A program made the translations under genes and the position numbers. DNA of 32,000 nucleotides. Origin: Rhodobacter capsulatus SB 1003 (GTDB lineage: Bacteria > Pseudomonadota > Alphaproteobacteria > Rhodobacterales > Rhodobacteraceae). Shown here piece by piece: positions 23,740-32,000 of this stretch (its first letter is position 1; every line of letters starts with the position of its first letter). The notes beneath the pieces were generated by a model. It worked only from the letters and a program-made list of their open reading frames with translations, ran no database searches and was not told the DNA's origin. The stretch spans positions 330,001 to 362,000 of the forward strand of contig NC_014034.1 in the NCBI RefSeq assembly GCF_000021865.1, read 5' to 3'.

Positions 23740-24393
23740 ATGGCCAATATCATCCTGCTGGGACCGCCCGGCGCAGGCAAGGGCACCCAGGCCCGCAAGC
23801 TGGTCGAGGAACGCGGCATGGTGCAGCTGTCCGCCGGGGACATGCTGCGCGAGGCCAAGACCTCGGGCACCGAGATGGGCAAGAAAGTCGCCGAGGTGAT
23901 GGACCGCGGCGAGCTGGTGACGGATGAGATCGTCATCGGCCTGATCGAGGAGAAGCTCTCCTCCGGTCACGGTGCGGGCTTCATCTTCGACGGCTTCCCC
24001 CGCACGCTGCCGCAGGCGGATGCGCTGGGGCGGCTTCTGGCGAAGATCGGCCAGAAGCTGGATGCGGTGATCGAGATGCGCGTCGATGACGAGGCGCTGG
24101 TGGACCGGATCTCCGGGCGCTACACCTGCGGCAAGTGCGGCGAGGTCTATCATGACACGACGAAGCCGGTGAAGGTTGCGGGCACCTGCGACGCCTGCGG
24201 TTCGACCGACCTGCGCCGCCGCGCCGACGACAATGCCGACAGCCTGCGCATCCGGCTGATGGAATATTACAAGAAGACCTCGCCGCTGATCGGCTATTAC
24301 TATCACGCGGGCGATCTGTTCGGCGTCGATGGGCTGGCCGAGATCGACGAGGTGGCGGCCTCGGTCGCGGCGATCCTCGATCAGCAGGCCTGA
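23740..24393 (+). CDS. adk: Adenylate kinase with a Cys4 lid
   Basis: [18 protein letters not shown]... at ATG 23740, following GAGGAAAG. The lid motifs are CGKCG...CDACG. The track start at 23518 overlaps secY. Confidence 0.96.
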   Translation: MANIILLGPPGAGKGTQARKLVEERGMVQLSAGDMLREAKTSGTEMGKKVAEVMDRGELVTDEIVIGLIEEKLSSGHGAGFIFDGFPRTLPQADALGRLLAKIGQKLDAVIEMRVDDEALVDRISGRYTCGKCGEVYHDTTKPVKVAGTCDACGSTDLRRRADDNADSLRIRLMEYYKKTSPLIGYYYHAGDLFGVDGLAEIDEVAASVAAILDQQA

Positions 24394-24405
24394 GGCGGTT
24401 ATTGC

Positions 24406-24434
24406 TTGACCTGCGCGGAAATACCCACTAGGTC
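24406..24434 (+). promoter_or_regulatory. Candidate promoter of the alpha operon (TTGACC-N17-TAGGTC)
   Basis: TTGACC at 24406-24411, a 17-nt spacer, and TAGGTC at 24429-24434, just after the adk stop. Confidence 0.45.
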
Positions 24435-24454
24435 GCGGTGTCTCGCATGAGAAT

Positions 24455-24487
24455 CGCCCGAATCTCCGGATGCCGGAGGTTCGGGCG
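24455..24487 (+). promoter_or_regulatory. 15-bp stem-loop in the rpsM leader
   Basis: CGCCCGAATCTCCGG (24455-24469), loop ATG, CCGGAGGTTCGGGCG (24473-24487). There are 14 Watson-Crick pairs and one G-U pair, and no following T-tract. Confidence 0.4.
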
Positions 24488-24571
24488 TTAAGCCGTCCGG
24501 AAGAACGATTTTCGGACAAGTTGTGAAAAAAGGTTCTGGAAGCACGGAACCGCAACGAAAGGAAGCACGCT

Positions 24572-24940
24572 TTGGCACGTATTGCTGGCGTCAACATTCC
24601 GACCGGGAAACGCGTCCCGATCGCACTTCAATACATCCACGGCATCGGCCCGATGTTTGCCAAGCAAATCGTCGAAGCCGTCGGCATCGCCGAAGCCCGC
24701 CGGGTGAACGAACTGACCGACGCCGAAGTGCTCGCCATCCGCGAATACATCGACGCGCATTTCACCGTCGAAGGTGACCTGCGCCGCGAAGTCTCGATGA
24801 ACATCAAGCGTCTGATGGACCTTGGTTGCTACCGTGGCCTGCGTCACCGCAAGAACCTGCCGGTTCGCGGCCAGCGCACCCACACCAACGCCCGCACCCG
24901 CAAGGGCCCGGCGAAACCGATCGCCGGCAAGAAGAAATAA
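24572..24940 (+). CDS. rpsM: 30S ribosomal protein S13
   Basis: (TTG start) [15 protein letters not shown]... 122 aa, with the SD AAAGGAAG upstream. Confidence 0.95.
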   Translation: MARIAGVNIPTGKRVPIALQYIHGIGPMFAKQIVEAVGIAEARRVNELTDAEVLAIREYIDAHFTVEGDLRREVSMNIKRLMDLGCYRGLRHRKNLPVRGQRTHTNARTRKGPAKPIAGKKK

Positions 24941-24955
24941 GGGGAGGGGTAGCAC

Positions 24956-25345
24956 ATGGCTCGTGACAAGACTCGCGTCAAACGCAAGGAACGCAAGAAC
25001 ATCGCCGCTGGTGTGGTGCATGTGAACTCGTCGTTCAACAACACCAAGATCCTGATTTCCGACGTGCAGGGCAACGCCATTTCGTGGTCGTCCTCGGGCA
25101 CGATGGGCTTCAAGGGCTCGCGCAAGTCGACCCCCTATGCCGCCCAGATGGCCGCCGAAGACGCCGCCCGCAAGGCGCAGGAACACGGCCTGAAAACCGT
25201 GGACGTGGAAGTGCAAGGCCCGGGTTCGGGCCGTGAATCGGCGCTGCGCGCGCTGGCCGCGGTTGGCCTCAACATCACCTCGATCCGGGATGTGACGCCG
25301 ATCGCCCACAACGGCTGCCGTCCGCCCAAACGCCGCCGCGTCTGA
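24956..25345 (+). CDS. rpsK: 30S ribosomal protein S11
   Basis: 129 aa with ...[28 protein letters not shown].... Confidence 0.96.
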   Translation: MARDKTRVKRKERKNIAAGVVHVNSSFNNTKILISDVQGNAISWSSSGTMGFKGSRKSTPYAAQMAAEDAARKAQEHGLKTVDVEVQGPGSGRESALRALAAVGLNITSIRDVTPIAHNGCRPPKRRRV

Positions 25346-25358
25346 TTGATTGTAGTAA

Positions 25359-25408
25359 GCCGGGCCGTGCGGGGGTGTCCTCGCGCGGCCCGGTCAGTTT
25401 CGTTTTTT
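25359..25408 (+). terminator. Attenuator or terminator-like hairpin between rpsK and rpoA
   Basis: GCCGGGCCGTGCG (25359-25371) pairs with CGCGCGGCCCGGT (25382-25394), 13 pairs including 2 G-U. It is followed by cagTTTcgTTTTTT, ending at 25408. Confidence 0.4.
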
Positions 25409-25464
25409 CCTCGGGCGTTCCGGGCAAGGGACATGGGTCCGGAACAAGAATGGAGGCAGAGCGC

Positions 25465-26481
25465 ATGATCCACAAGAATTGGGCCGAACTGATCAAGCCG
25501 ACGCAGCTTGAAATCAAGGCGGGCAACGATCCGCAACGGCAAGCCACCGTCATCGCGGAACCGCTGGAACGCGGCTTCGGTCTGACGCTGGGCAACGCGC
25601 TGCGCCGCGTTCTGATGAGCTCGCTGCAAGGCGCGGCGATCACCTCGGTGCAGATCGACAACGTCCTGCACGAGTTTTCGAGCGTCGCGGGCGTGCGGGA
25701 AGACGTCACCGACATCATCCTGAACCTCAAGGGCATCTCGCTCAAGATGGATGTCGAAGGGCCGAAACGGCTCTCGATCTCGGCCAAGGGTCCGCGCGTC
25801 GTGACCGGCGCCGACATCTCGGAATCGATGGGCATCGAGGTCCTGAACAAGGATCACGTGATCTGCCACCTTGACGATGGCGCCGACGTGTTCATGGAGC
25901 TGACCGTGAACACCGGCAAGGGCTATGTGGCCGCCGACAAGAACCGTCCGGAAGATGCGCCGATCGGGCTGATCCCGATCGATGCGATCTATTCGCCGGT
26001 GAAGAAGGTCGCCTATGACGTGCAACCGACCCGCGAGGGCCAGGTGCTCGACTATGACAAGCTGACGATGAAGATCGAGACTGACGGTTCGCTGACGCCC
26101 GAGGACGCGGTGGCCTATGCCGCCCGCATCCTGCAGGACCAGCTGTCGATCTTCGTGAACTTCGAAGAGCCGGAATCGGCCTCGAAGACCGATGCCGACG
26201 ACGGGCTCGAGTTCAACCCGCTGCTGCTGAAGAAAGTGGACGAGCTGGAACTGTCGGTCCGTTCGGCGAACTGCCTGAAGAACGACAACATCGTCTATAT
26301 CGGCGATCTGATCCAGAAAACCGAAGCCGAGATGCTGCGCACCCCGAACTTCGGCCGCAAGTCGCTGAACGAGATCAAGGAAGTGCTGTCGTCGATGGGG
26401 CTGCACCTCGGCATGGAAGTCGAGGATTGGCCGCCGGAGAACATCGAAGATCTGGCCAAGCGCTTCGAAGACCAGTTCTGA
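25465..26481 (+). CDS. rpoA: DNA-directed RNA polymerase alpha subunit
   Basis: [18 protein letters not shown]... at ATG 25465, 8 nt after GGAGG. Upstream in-frame starts at 25375 and 25450 are less likely. Confidence 0.95.
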   Translation: MIHKNWAELIKPTQLEIKAGNDPQRQATVIAEPLERGFGLTLGNALRRVLMSSLQGAAITSVQIDNVLHEFSSVAGVREDVTDIILNLKGISLKMDVEGPKRLSISAKGPRVVTGADISESMGIEVLNKDHVICHLDDGADVFMELTVNTGKGYVAADKNRPEDAPIGLIPIDAIYSPVKKVAYDVQPTREGQVLDYDKLTMKIETDGSLTPEDAVAYAARILQDQLSIFVNFEEPESASKTDADDGLEFNPLLLKKVDELELSVRSANCLKNDNIVYIGDLIQKTEAEMLRTPNFGRKSLNEIKEVLSSMGLHLGMEVEDWPPENIEDLAKRFEDQF

Positions 26482-26613
26482 AAACGTCCGGGGGGTGGGT
26501 GACCGCCCCCCGAAAATGCCCGGACTTCCGGGGAACCCTGGGCATGATGCCCCAACGAAGCCCCCCGCACGCACGGGGCGCAACACAAAGCAAAACGACC
26601 TTAGGAGAGACCC

Positions 26614-27033
26614 ATGCGTCACGCCCGCGGCTACCGCCGTCTGAACCGTACCCACGAACACCGCAAGGCGCTGTTCGCCAACATGTGCGGCTCGCTCATC
26701 GAACACGAACAGATCAAGACCACCCTGCCGAAAGCCAAGGAACTGCGTCCGATCATCGAAAAGCTGATCACGCTGGCCAAGCGCGGCGACCTGCATGCCC
26801 GTCGTCAGGCGGCGGCGATGCTGAAGCAGGACAAGGACGTGGCCAAGCTTTTCGACGTGCTCGGGCCCCGCTACAAGGACCGTCAGGGCGGCTACACCCG
26901 CGTCCTGAAAGCCGGTTTCCGCTATGGCGACATGGCGCCGATGGCCTTCATCGAATTCGTCGAGCGCGACGTTTCGGCGAAGGGCGCGGCTGACAAGGCC
27001 CGTGAAGCGGCTTTCGAAGCGGCCGACGAATAA
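26614..27033 (+). CDS. rplQ: 50S ribosomal protein L17
   Basis: [24 protein letters not shown]... 139 aa. Confidence 0.97.
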   Translation: MRHARGYRRLNRTHEHRKALFANMCGSLIEHEQIKTTLPKAKELRPIIEKLITLAKRGDLHARRQAAAMLKQDKDVAKLFDVLGPRYKDRQGGYTRVLKAGFRYGDMAPMAFIEFVERDVSAKGAADKAREAAFEAADE

Positions 27034-27054
27034 GCTTTCCGCAAGGGAAGCCGG

Positions 27055-27086
27055 AAGCCCGCCCCTCGGGGCGGGTTTTCGTTTTT
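27055..27086 (+). terminator. Rho-independent terminator of the alpha operon
   Basis: GC stem CCCGCCC / GGGCGGG (27058-27075), followed by TTTTCGTTTTT. Confidence 0.8.
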
Positions 27087-27198
27087 GCGGGCGGCGCAAC
27101 CGCAGGGCGAGACTTGGCGGCAATCTGCCCGTAATGGCGCCGATTTCAGCAAAAACCACCCCGCCGGAGGCAATTCCCGGTTGATCTTTTCCGGTGGC

Positions 27199-27218
27199 AC
27201 CTGTCTAAAAAGACATGT
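27199..27218 (+). promoter_or_regulatory. lux-box-like 20-bp palindrome ACCTGT-N8-ACATGT overlapping the luxR-family start codon
   Basis: It matches 11 of the 12 outer positions of the Vibrio fischeri lux box, ACCTGT-N8-ACAGGT. TTGATC (27181-27186) lies 17 nt upstream of TCTAAA (27204-27209). Confidence 0.45.
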
Positions 27219-27826
27219 CCATACACACCGAAATCAACAAGTGTCTGCGGGAAATCGGTCGCGTCGCGACGGATGGCTATTTCATCGGCCTGCATATCCG
27301 TTTCGCCGCCCCGATCATGCAATTCCAGACCTATCCCGAGGCGTGGACAGATCACTACACCCGGCAGGCCTATGCCCTGCGCGATCCGACGATCGCCTGG
27401 GGCTTCTCCGAAGAGGGGGCCTGCCGCTGGAGCGAATTCACCCTGCCGGACCCGTTCAACATTCTGGGCGAGGCGCGGCGATTCGGGCTCAATTACGGGG
27501 TGACCGTGTCTTGCGGTCCCGTCACCTCGCGAACGATTGCGTCTTTTACCCTGCGGGACCGCGAGTTCCGGGACGACGAGATCGATCTGATCTCGCAACA
27601 GATCCGGCGTCTGCATGACTTGGCGCAGCCGCCGGAGGGCCTGACCAAGGCCCAGATCGAGGCCCTGCGGTGCATCGCTGCCGGGGATCGACATGCTGCT
27701 GCTGCTGCGAAGCTTGGCATCACGCAGTCTGCGTTCAAGGCGCGTCTTCTGTCGGCACGCGAACGCCTGATGGCCAGAACCACGGCCGAAGCAATCCAGA
27801 GAGCGAAGGAGTACCGGCTGCTGTAG
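27215..27826 (+). CDS. gtaR: LuxR-family acyl-homoserine-lactone-responsive transcriptional regulator (probably GtaR if this is Rhodobacter capsulatus)
   Basis: 203 aa. It has the autoinducer-domain signature W..Y..(x)..DP..(x15)..W (WTDHYTRQAYALRDPTIAWGFSEEGACRW) and a C-terminal LuxR HTH (LTKAQIEALRCIAAGDRHAAAAAKLGITQSAFKARL). The symbol rests on recalled synteny, not on a search. Confidence 0.8.
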   Translation: MSIHTEINKCLREIGRVATDGYFIGLHIRFAAPIMQFQTYPEAWTDHYTRQAYALRDPTIAWGFSEEGACRWSEFTLPDPFNILGEARRFGLNYGVTVSCGPVTSRTIASFTLRDREFRDDEIDLISQQIRRLHDLAQPPEGLTKAQIEALRCIAAGDRHAAAAAKLGITQSAFKARLLSARERLMARTTAEAIQRAKEYRLL

Positions 27827-27875
27827 GTCCTCGCAGCGGTCACTTCCGGGCCGTTTCCCAACCCGGAGTAGACCG

Positions 27876-28466
27876 ATGCAGACCACCACACTTTCCTTTG
27901 CCAACATGCACAACCACGGCGAGCTTTTCGCCAATATCCTTCGCGCAAGGCGGCAAAGTTTCATCATTCAAAACCGCTGGGAGCTTCCCGAGGCTCTTGG
28001 CATGGAATTCGACCAGTATGACACGCCGCAAAGCCGCTGGGTTGCGGTGCATGACGACGGTCAGGTTCACGCCGGGCTCCGGCTGACCCCCTCCACCGCG
28101 CGTTGCGGCATTTACAGCTACATGATTCGCGATGCCCAGAAGGGCACATTGGGCGGATCGATCCCGCAGGACCTGCTTTGGGAGCCCGCACCTGTCGATC
28201 CGCAGGTCTGGGAAAACTCGCGCGTGTTCGTCTCGCATGACATCCCGATGCAGGACCGCCGCAAGGTGCATTTCCAGCTGGTCGAGGCGATGGTGCAGGC
28301 GGCGCGCGATCAGGGGGCGACGCGGCTTCTGGCGATCAGCGCGGCAAGCTGGCCGCGCTGGTATCGCCGCTGCGGGCTGGTTGCGCAGCCGATCGGGCCG
28401 GTGGTGTTCATCGGCGACGGCGATTACCAATGCGTTTCGATCGACCTGATGGCGAAGCTGCACTGA
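27876..28466 (+). CDS. gtaI: LuxI-family acyl-homoserine-lactone synthase (probably GtaI if this is Rhodobacter capsulatus)
   Basis: 196 aa with the LuxI signature RARRQSFIIQNRWEL...GMEFDQYD...GLRLTP...WENSRVFV. The SD GGAG lies 7 nt upstream, and the gene starts 49 nt after the regulator gene. Confidence 0.85.
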   Translation: MQTTTLSFANMHNHGELFANILRARRQSFIIQNRWELPEALGMEFDQYDTPQSRWVAVHDDGQVHAGLRLTPSTARCGIYSYMIRDAQKGTLGGSIPQDLLWEPAPVDPQVWENSRVFVSHDIPMQDRRKVHFQLVEAMVQAARDQGATRLLAISAASWPRWYRRCGLVAQPIGPVVFIGDGDYQCVSIDLMAKLH

Positions 28467-28543
28467 TCCGGGGCTAAGCCCGGTGGCGGCCCCGCCAATC
28501 GCCCCTTCCGCCGCGCGGCAGGGGGGGCTAGGGTGGGGCCGCC

Positions 28544-29851
28544 ATGCCCGATCTGTTCGACACATCCGCACCCAAGGGGGCCGAGGCCCCGCGGCCGCTG
28601 GCCGACCGCATCCGTCCGCAGCATCTGTCCGAGGTGATCGGCCAGACCCATGTGCTTGGCCCCGAGGGGCCTTTGGGGGCGATGCTGGCGGCGGGATCCC
28701 TTGGCTCGGTGATCCTTTGGGGCCCGCCCGGCGTCGGCAAGACGACGATTGCCCGGCTGCTGGCGCATGAGAGCGACCGCGCCTTCGTGCAGATCTCGGC
28801 GATCTTTTCCGGCGTGCCGGAGCTGCGCAAGGTCTTTGATGCGGCGAAGCTGCGGATGGGGCAGGGGCGGGGGACGCTGCTCTTCGTTGACGAAATCCAC
28901 CGCTTCAACAAGGCGCAGCAGGACAGTTTCCTGCCGCATATGGAGGATGGCACCATCCTTCTGGTCGGCGCCACCACCGAAAACCCGAGTTTCGAGCTGA
29001 ACGCCGCGCTTCTGTCACGGGCGCAGGTGATCGTTCTGGAACGGCTCAGCTTGGCCGATCTGGAACGGCTGGCGCAACGGGCGGAACAGGCGATGGGCAG
29101 GGCCCTGCCGCTGAAGGCCCCGGCGCGGGAAGCGCTTCTGGAAATGGCCGATGGCGATGGCCGCGCCGCCTTGAACCTGATCGAGCAGGTGATGGCCTGG
29201 AAGCTTCCGGCGCCCTTGGACACCGAGGCGCTGGCGTCGCGGCTGATGCGGCGGGCGGCGAATTACGACAAATCGGGCGACGGCCATTACAACCTGATTT
29301 CGGCCTTGCACAAATCCGTCCGCGGATCGGACCCGGATGCCGCGCTTTACTGGTATTGCCGCATGCTCGAGGGCGGCGAGGATCCGCGTTTCATCGCCCG
29401 GCGCCTGACCCGGATGGCGGTGGAGGATATCGCGCTGGCCGATCCGCAGGCGCAGACGCTCTGCCTGCATGCCTGGGAAACCTATGAACGGCTGGGGTCG
29501 CCCGAGGGCGAGCTGGCCCTGGCGCAGGCGGTCATTTATCTTGCGCTCGCGCCGAAATCGAACGCCGGTTATGTCGCCTACAAGGCCGCGCGGGAAGCCG
29601 CCCGCAAGACCGGCTCGGCGCCGCCGCCCAAACATATCCTGAATGCCCCCACCCGGCTGATGGAGGAACAGGGCTTCGGCGCGGGGTATCACTATGACCA
29701 CGACGCCGAGGACGGGTTTTCGGGGCAGCATTACTTCCCCGAGGGGATGAAGCGGCCGGTCTTTTACAGCCCGGTCGAACGCGGCTTTGAACGCGAGCTG
29801 AAGAAGCGCGTCGACTGGTTCGCGAAGCTGCGCGAAAAGCGCGGCAGTTGA
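28544..29851 (+). CDS. rarA: Replication-associated recombination protein A (MgsA/WRNIP-type AAA+ ATPase)
   Basis: 435 aa with Walker A GPPGVGKTT, Walker B LLFVDEIHRFNK, and the C-terminal MgsA domain (HYNLISALHKSVRGSDPDAALYW). Confidence 0.92.
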   Translation: MPDLFDTSAPKGAEAPRPLADRIRPQHLSEVIGQTHVLGPEGPLGAMLAAGSLGSVILWGPPGVGKTTIARLLAHESDRAFVQISAIFSGVPELRKVFDAAKLRMGQGRGTLLFVDEIHRFNKAQQDSFLPHMEDGTILLVGATTENPSFELNAALLSRAQVIVLERLSLADLERLAQRAEQAMGRALPLKAPAREALLEMADGDGRAALNLIEQVMAWKLPAPLDTEALASRLMRRAANYDKSGDGHYNLISALHKSVRGSDPDAALYWYCRMLEGGEDPRFIARRLTRMAVEDIALADPQAQTLCLHAWETYERLGSPEGELALAQAVIYLALAPKSNAGYVAYKAAREAARKTGSAPPPKHILNAPTRLMEEQGFGAGYHYDHDAEDGFSGQHYFPEGMKRPVFYSPVERGFERELKKRVDWFAKLREKRGS

Positions 29852-29882
29852 CATTGGCGGCGCGGGGGGCAAAGGAGGCCGG

Positions 29883-30260
29883 ATGATCCAGACCCTGCTT
29901 TTCGTCGCGCTTGGCGGTGCCCTTGGCTCCGCGCTGCGCTATCTCGTCAACATCACCCTGCCGCGGCTTGTGGGCCACGGCTTTCCCTATGCCACGATGA
30001 CGGTCAATGTCCTGGGCAGCTTTGCCATGGGCGTGCTGGTCGTGGTGCTGGCGATGAAGGGCGGCACCCGCTTCGCCCCCTTCCTGATGACCGGGATCCT
30101 GGGCGGCTTCACCACCTTTTCCGCCTTTTCGCTCGATGCGGCGAAGCTGGTCGAGACCGGCGAAATCGGAACGGCGGCGGTCTATGTGCTGGGCTCGGTC
30201 GGTCTGGGTCTGGCAGCACTTTTCGCGGGCATGGCGTTCGCACGGGGGTTTTTCGCATGA
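29883..30260 (+). CDS. crcB: Fluoride ion channel CrcB/Fluc
   Basis: 125 aa with 4 TM segments, GGALGSALRY and GGFTTFSAF motifs, and the SD AGGAGG. Confidence 0.9.
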   Translation: MIQTLLFVALGGALGSALRYLVNITLPRLVGHGFPYATMTVNVLGSFAMGVLVVVLAMKGGTRFAPFLMTGILGGFTTFSAFSLDAAKLVETGEIGTAAVYVLGSVGLGLAALFAGMAFARGFFA

Positions 30261-31324
30261 GTTCGGTGCAACTGATCAAGGTGACCGAGGACGAGGGCGA
30301 AAGCCGTCTCGACCGCTGGTTGAAGAAGAAATTCCCGGTGCTGACCCAGGGCGCGGTGGAAAAGATGTGCCGCACCGGGCAGTTGCGGGTGGATGGCGGC
30401 CGGGTCAAGGCCAGCGACCGGATCGGGCCCGGCATGGAGGTTCGCGTGCCGCCGCTGCCCGAGGCCGGGGCGAAGGCGCCCGAAAGCCGGTCGGAAGCGC
30501 GGCGGGACGCCACGCAGATCTCGCCCGCCGACGAGAAGATGATCCAGGCCGCGGTGCTGTGGAAGGATGAGCATATCATCGCGTTGAACAAGCCTGCCGG
30601 GCTGCCTTCGCAGGGGGGCTCGGGGCAGGGGGACCGGCATGTCGATGGCCTGCTTGAGGCGCTCAAGTTCGGCTACAAGGACCGGCCGAAGATGGTGCAC
30701 CGGCTCGACAAGGACACCTCGGGGGTGCTGCTGATCGCCCGCACCGACCGCGTCGCCCGGGCGCTGTCCGAATCGTTTCGGCTGAAGACCACCCGCAAGA
30801 TCTATTGGGCGGCGGTGGCGGGGGTGCCCAGCCCGAAGAAGGGCACGATTCGCTATGGTCTGGTGAAGGCCCCCGGCCATGGCCGCGGCGGCGAGGGCGA
30901 AAAGATGCTTTGCATCCATCCGTCCAAGGTCGATGCGACGCCCGATGCGAAACGCGCCACCACCGATTTCGCGGTGATCGACGGGCTCGGCTCGCGCGTC
31001 AGCTGGGTCGGGCTGGTGCCGATCACCGGCCGCACCCACCAGCTGCGCGCGCATATGGCGGAACTGGGTCATCCGATTGTCGGCGATGGCAAATATGGCG
31101 GCTCGGGGCAGGAAAATCTGGGCGACGGCTGGGGCTCGCAACTGGGCGGAGAGATCTCGCGCAAGCTGCATCTGCACGCCCGCACGATTTCCTTTGACCA
31201 TCCGATCACGAAGAAACGCATCACCCTGACCGCGCCGCTGCCCGATCACATGGTGCGGACCTGGAAGACGCTGGGCTGGATCGAGGGCGAAGCGCCGCTC
31301 GACCCGTTCGAGGACGATCGATGA
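30257..31324 (+). CDS. rluC: RluA-family 23S rRNA pseudouridine synthase with an N-terminal S4 domain (RluC-like)
   Basis: 355 aa with an S4-like RLDRWLKKKFP...RVDGGRVK, the catalytic HRLDKDTSGVLLIART, and GRTHQLRAH. It has a 4-nt overlap with crcB. Confidence 0.8.
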   Translation: MSSVQLIKVTEDEGESRLDRWLKKKFPVLTQGAVEKMCRTGQLRVDGGRVKASDRIGPGMEVRVPPLPEAGAKAPESRSEARRDATQISPADEKMIQAAVLWKDEHIIALNKPAGLPSQGGSGQGDRHVDGLLEALKFGYKDRPKMVHRLDKDTSGVLLIARTDRVARALSESFRLKTTRKIYWAAVAGVPSPKKGTIRYGLVKAPGHGRGGEGEKMLCIHPSKVDATPDAKRATTDFAVIDGLGSRVSWVGLVPITGRTHQLRAHMAELGHPIVGDGKYGGSGQENLGDGWGSQLGGEISRKLHLHARTISFDHPITKKRITLTAPLPDHMVRTWKTLGWIEGEAPLDPFEDDR

Positions 31325-31977
31325 AACTGGCGATCTTCGACGTCGACGGCACGATCAGCGACAGTCAGGCGCATATCCTGGCCGCGATGACCGAGGCGTT
31401 CCGCACCGTCGGCCTGCCGCTGCCGCCGCGCGACGCGGTGCTGGCGATCGTCGGCCTGTCGCTGCCGGTGGCGATGGCGGAACTGGCCCCCGCCGCCGAT
31501 GCGGCGACGCAGGCGGCGCTGGTGGCGGCCTACAAGGCCAGCTATTTCACCGGCCGCGCCGCCTCGCCCGCGCCGCTTTACCCGGGCGCCAAGGATTGTC
31601 TTCTGCATCTGGCCGGGCGCGAGGACCTGCTTTTGGCCATCGCCACCGGCAAGTCGCGGCGCGGCGTGACGGCGCTGATCGCCCATCACGGGCTCGACGG
31701 GCTTTTCACCTCGGCGCAGGTGGCCGATGACCATCCGTCAAAGCCGCATCCCGCGATGGTGCTGGAGGCGCTCCGCGCAGCCGGGGTGGAGGCGCAAGAT
31801 GCGGTGATGATCGGCGACACCACCTTCGACATCGAGATGGGCCGCGCGGCCGGGGTGGCGACGATCGGCGTCAGCTGGGGCTATCACCCGGTATCCGAAT
31901 TGAAAAAGGCCGGGGCCGGGCGGATCGTCGAAAGTTTCGCCGAGCTGGAACAGGCCCTGCAGGAGAGGTTTGCATGA
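31321..31977 (+). CDS. HAD-superfamily hydrolase (phosphoglycolate phosphatase-like, subfamily IA)
   Basis: MKLAIFDVDGTISDS (DxDGT motif I), ...ATGKSRRG..., ...GDTTFDIEMG.... It has a 4-nt overlap with the preceding gene. Confidence 0.85.
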   Translation: MKLAIFDVDGTISDSQAHILAAMTEAFRTVGLPLPPRDAVLAIVGLSLPVAMAELAPAADAATQAALVAAYKASYFTGRAASPAPLYPGAKDCLLHLAGREDLLLAIATGKSRRGVTALIAHHGLDGLFTSAQVADDHPSKPHPAMVLEALRAAGVEAQDAVMIGDTTFDIEMGRAAGVATIGVSWGYHPVSELKKAGAGRIVESFAELEQALQERFA

Positions 31978-32000
31978 GTGGTTGGAGCGCGAAACGGTTC
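31974..32000 (+). CDS. Start of the next gene (MSGWSAKRF...), possibly an ATP12-family F1-ATPase assembly chaperone; truncated by the window end
   Basis: ATGA overlap with the HAD gene stop. Only 9 codons are visible. The N-terminal W-x-x-KRF pattern recalls alphaproteobacterial ATP12 proteins. Confidence 0.3.

Noticed and set aside
25346-25464. The missing rpsD in the alpha operon, considered as a deletion or assembly problem.
   Set aside because: Separate placement of rpsD is the normal arrangement in alphaproteobacteria, so it is not an anomaly of this window.
29852-29882. A possible fluoride riboswitch upstream of crcB.
   Set aside because: The intergenic space is only 31 nt, which is too short for the ~60-80 nt crcB motif.

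Overview
High-GC alphaproteobacterial core chromosome, Rhodobacteraceae-like. All supported genes are on the + strand. The window runs from the rpoB 3' end and rpoC through the str operon (rpsL-rpsG-fusA-tuf), the S10 and spc ribosomal-protein operons, secY-adk and the alpha operon (rpsM-rpsK-rpoA-rplQ, with no rpsD). It ends with a LuxR/LuxI quorum-sensing pair, rarA, crcB, an RluC-like pseudouridine synthase, a HAD hydrolase and the first codons of an ATP12-like gene. A luxR/luxI pair directly after rplQ matches my unverified recollection of Rhodobacter capsulatus gtaR/gtaI. I see no tRNA, rRNA, CRISPR array, IS element or recognisable defence system. The unusual content is three co-directional insertions in the otherwise conserved gene order. 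(1) A DXD glycosyltransferase-like gene lies between rpoC and rpsL. (2) A Kdo/WaaP-type kinase-fold gene with an atypical catalytic loop lies between rplP and rpmC, preceded by an intrinsic terminator. (3) An RraB-like acidic protein and a ~0.5 kb low-GC, stop-rich islet lie between rpmD and rplO, again behind an intrinsic terminator; the islet carries 11-bp direct repeats, two hairpins and a small hydrophobic ORF. I also report a lux-box-like palindrome over the luxR start codon, a shared TTGAC-N17-TAnnnC promoter pattern at three operon heads, and several structured intercistronic spacers. The long minus-strand ORFs in the track are high-GC shadow ORFs and are rejected.
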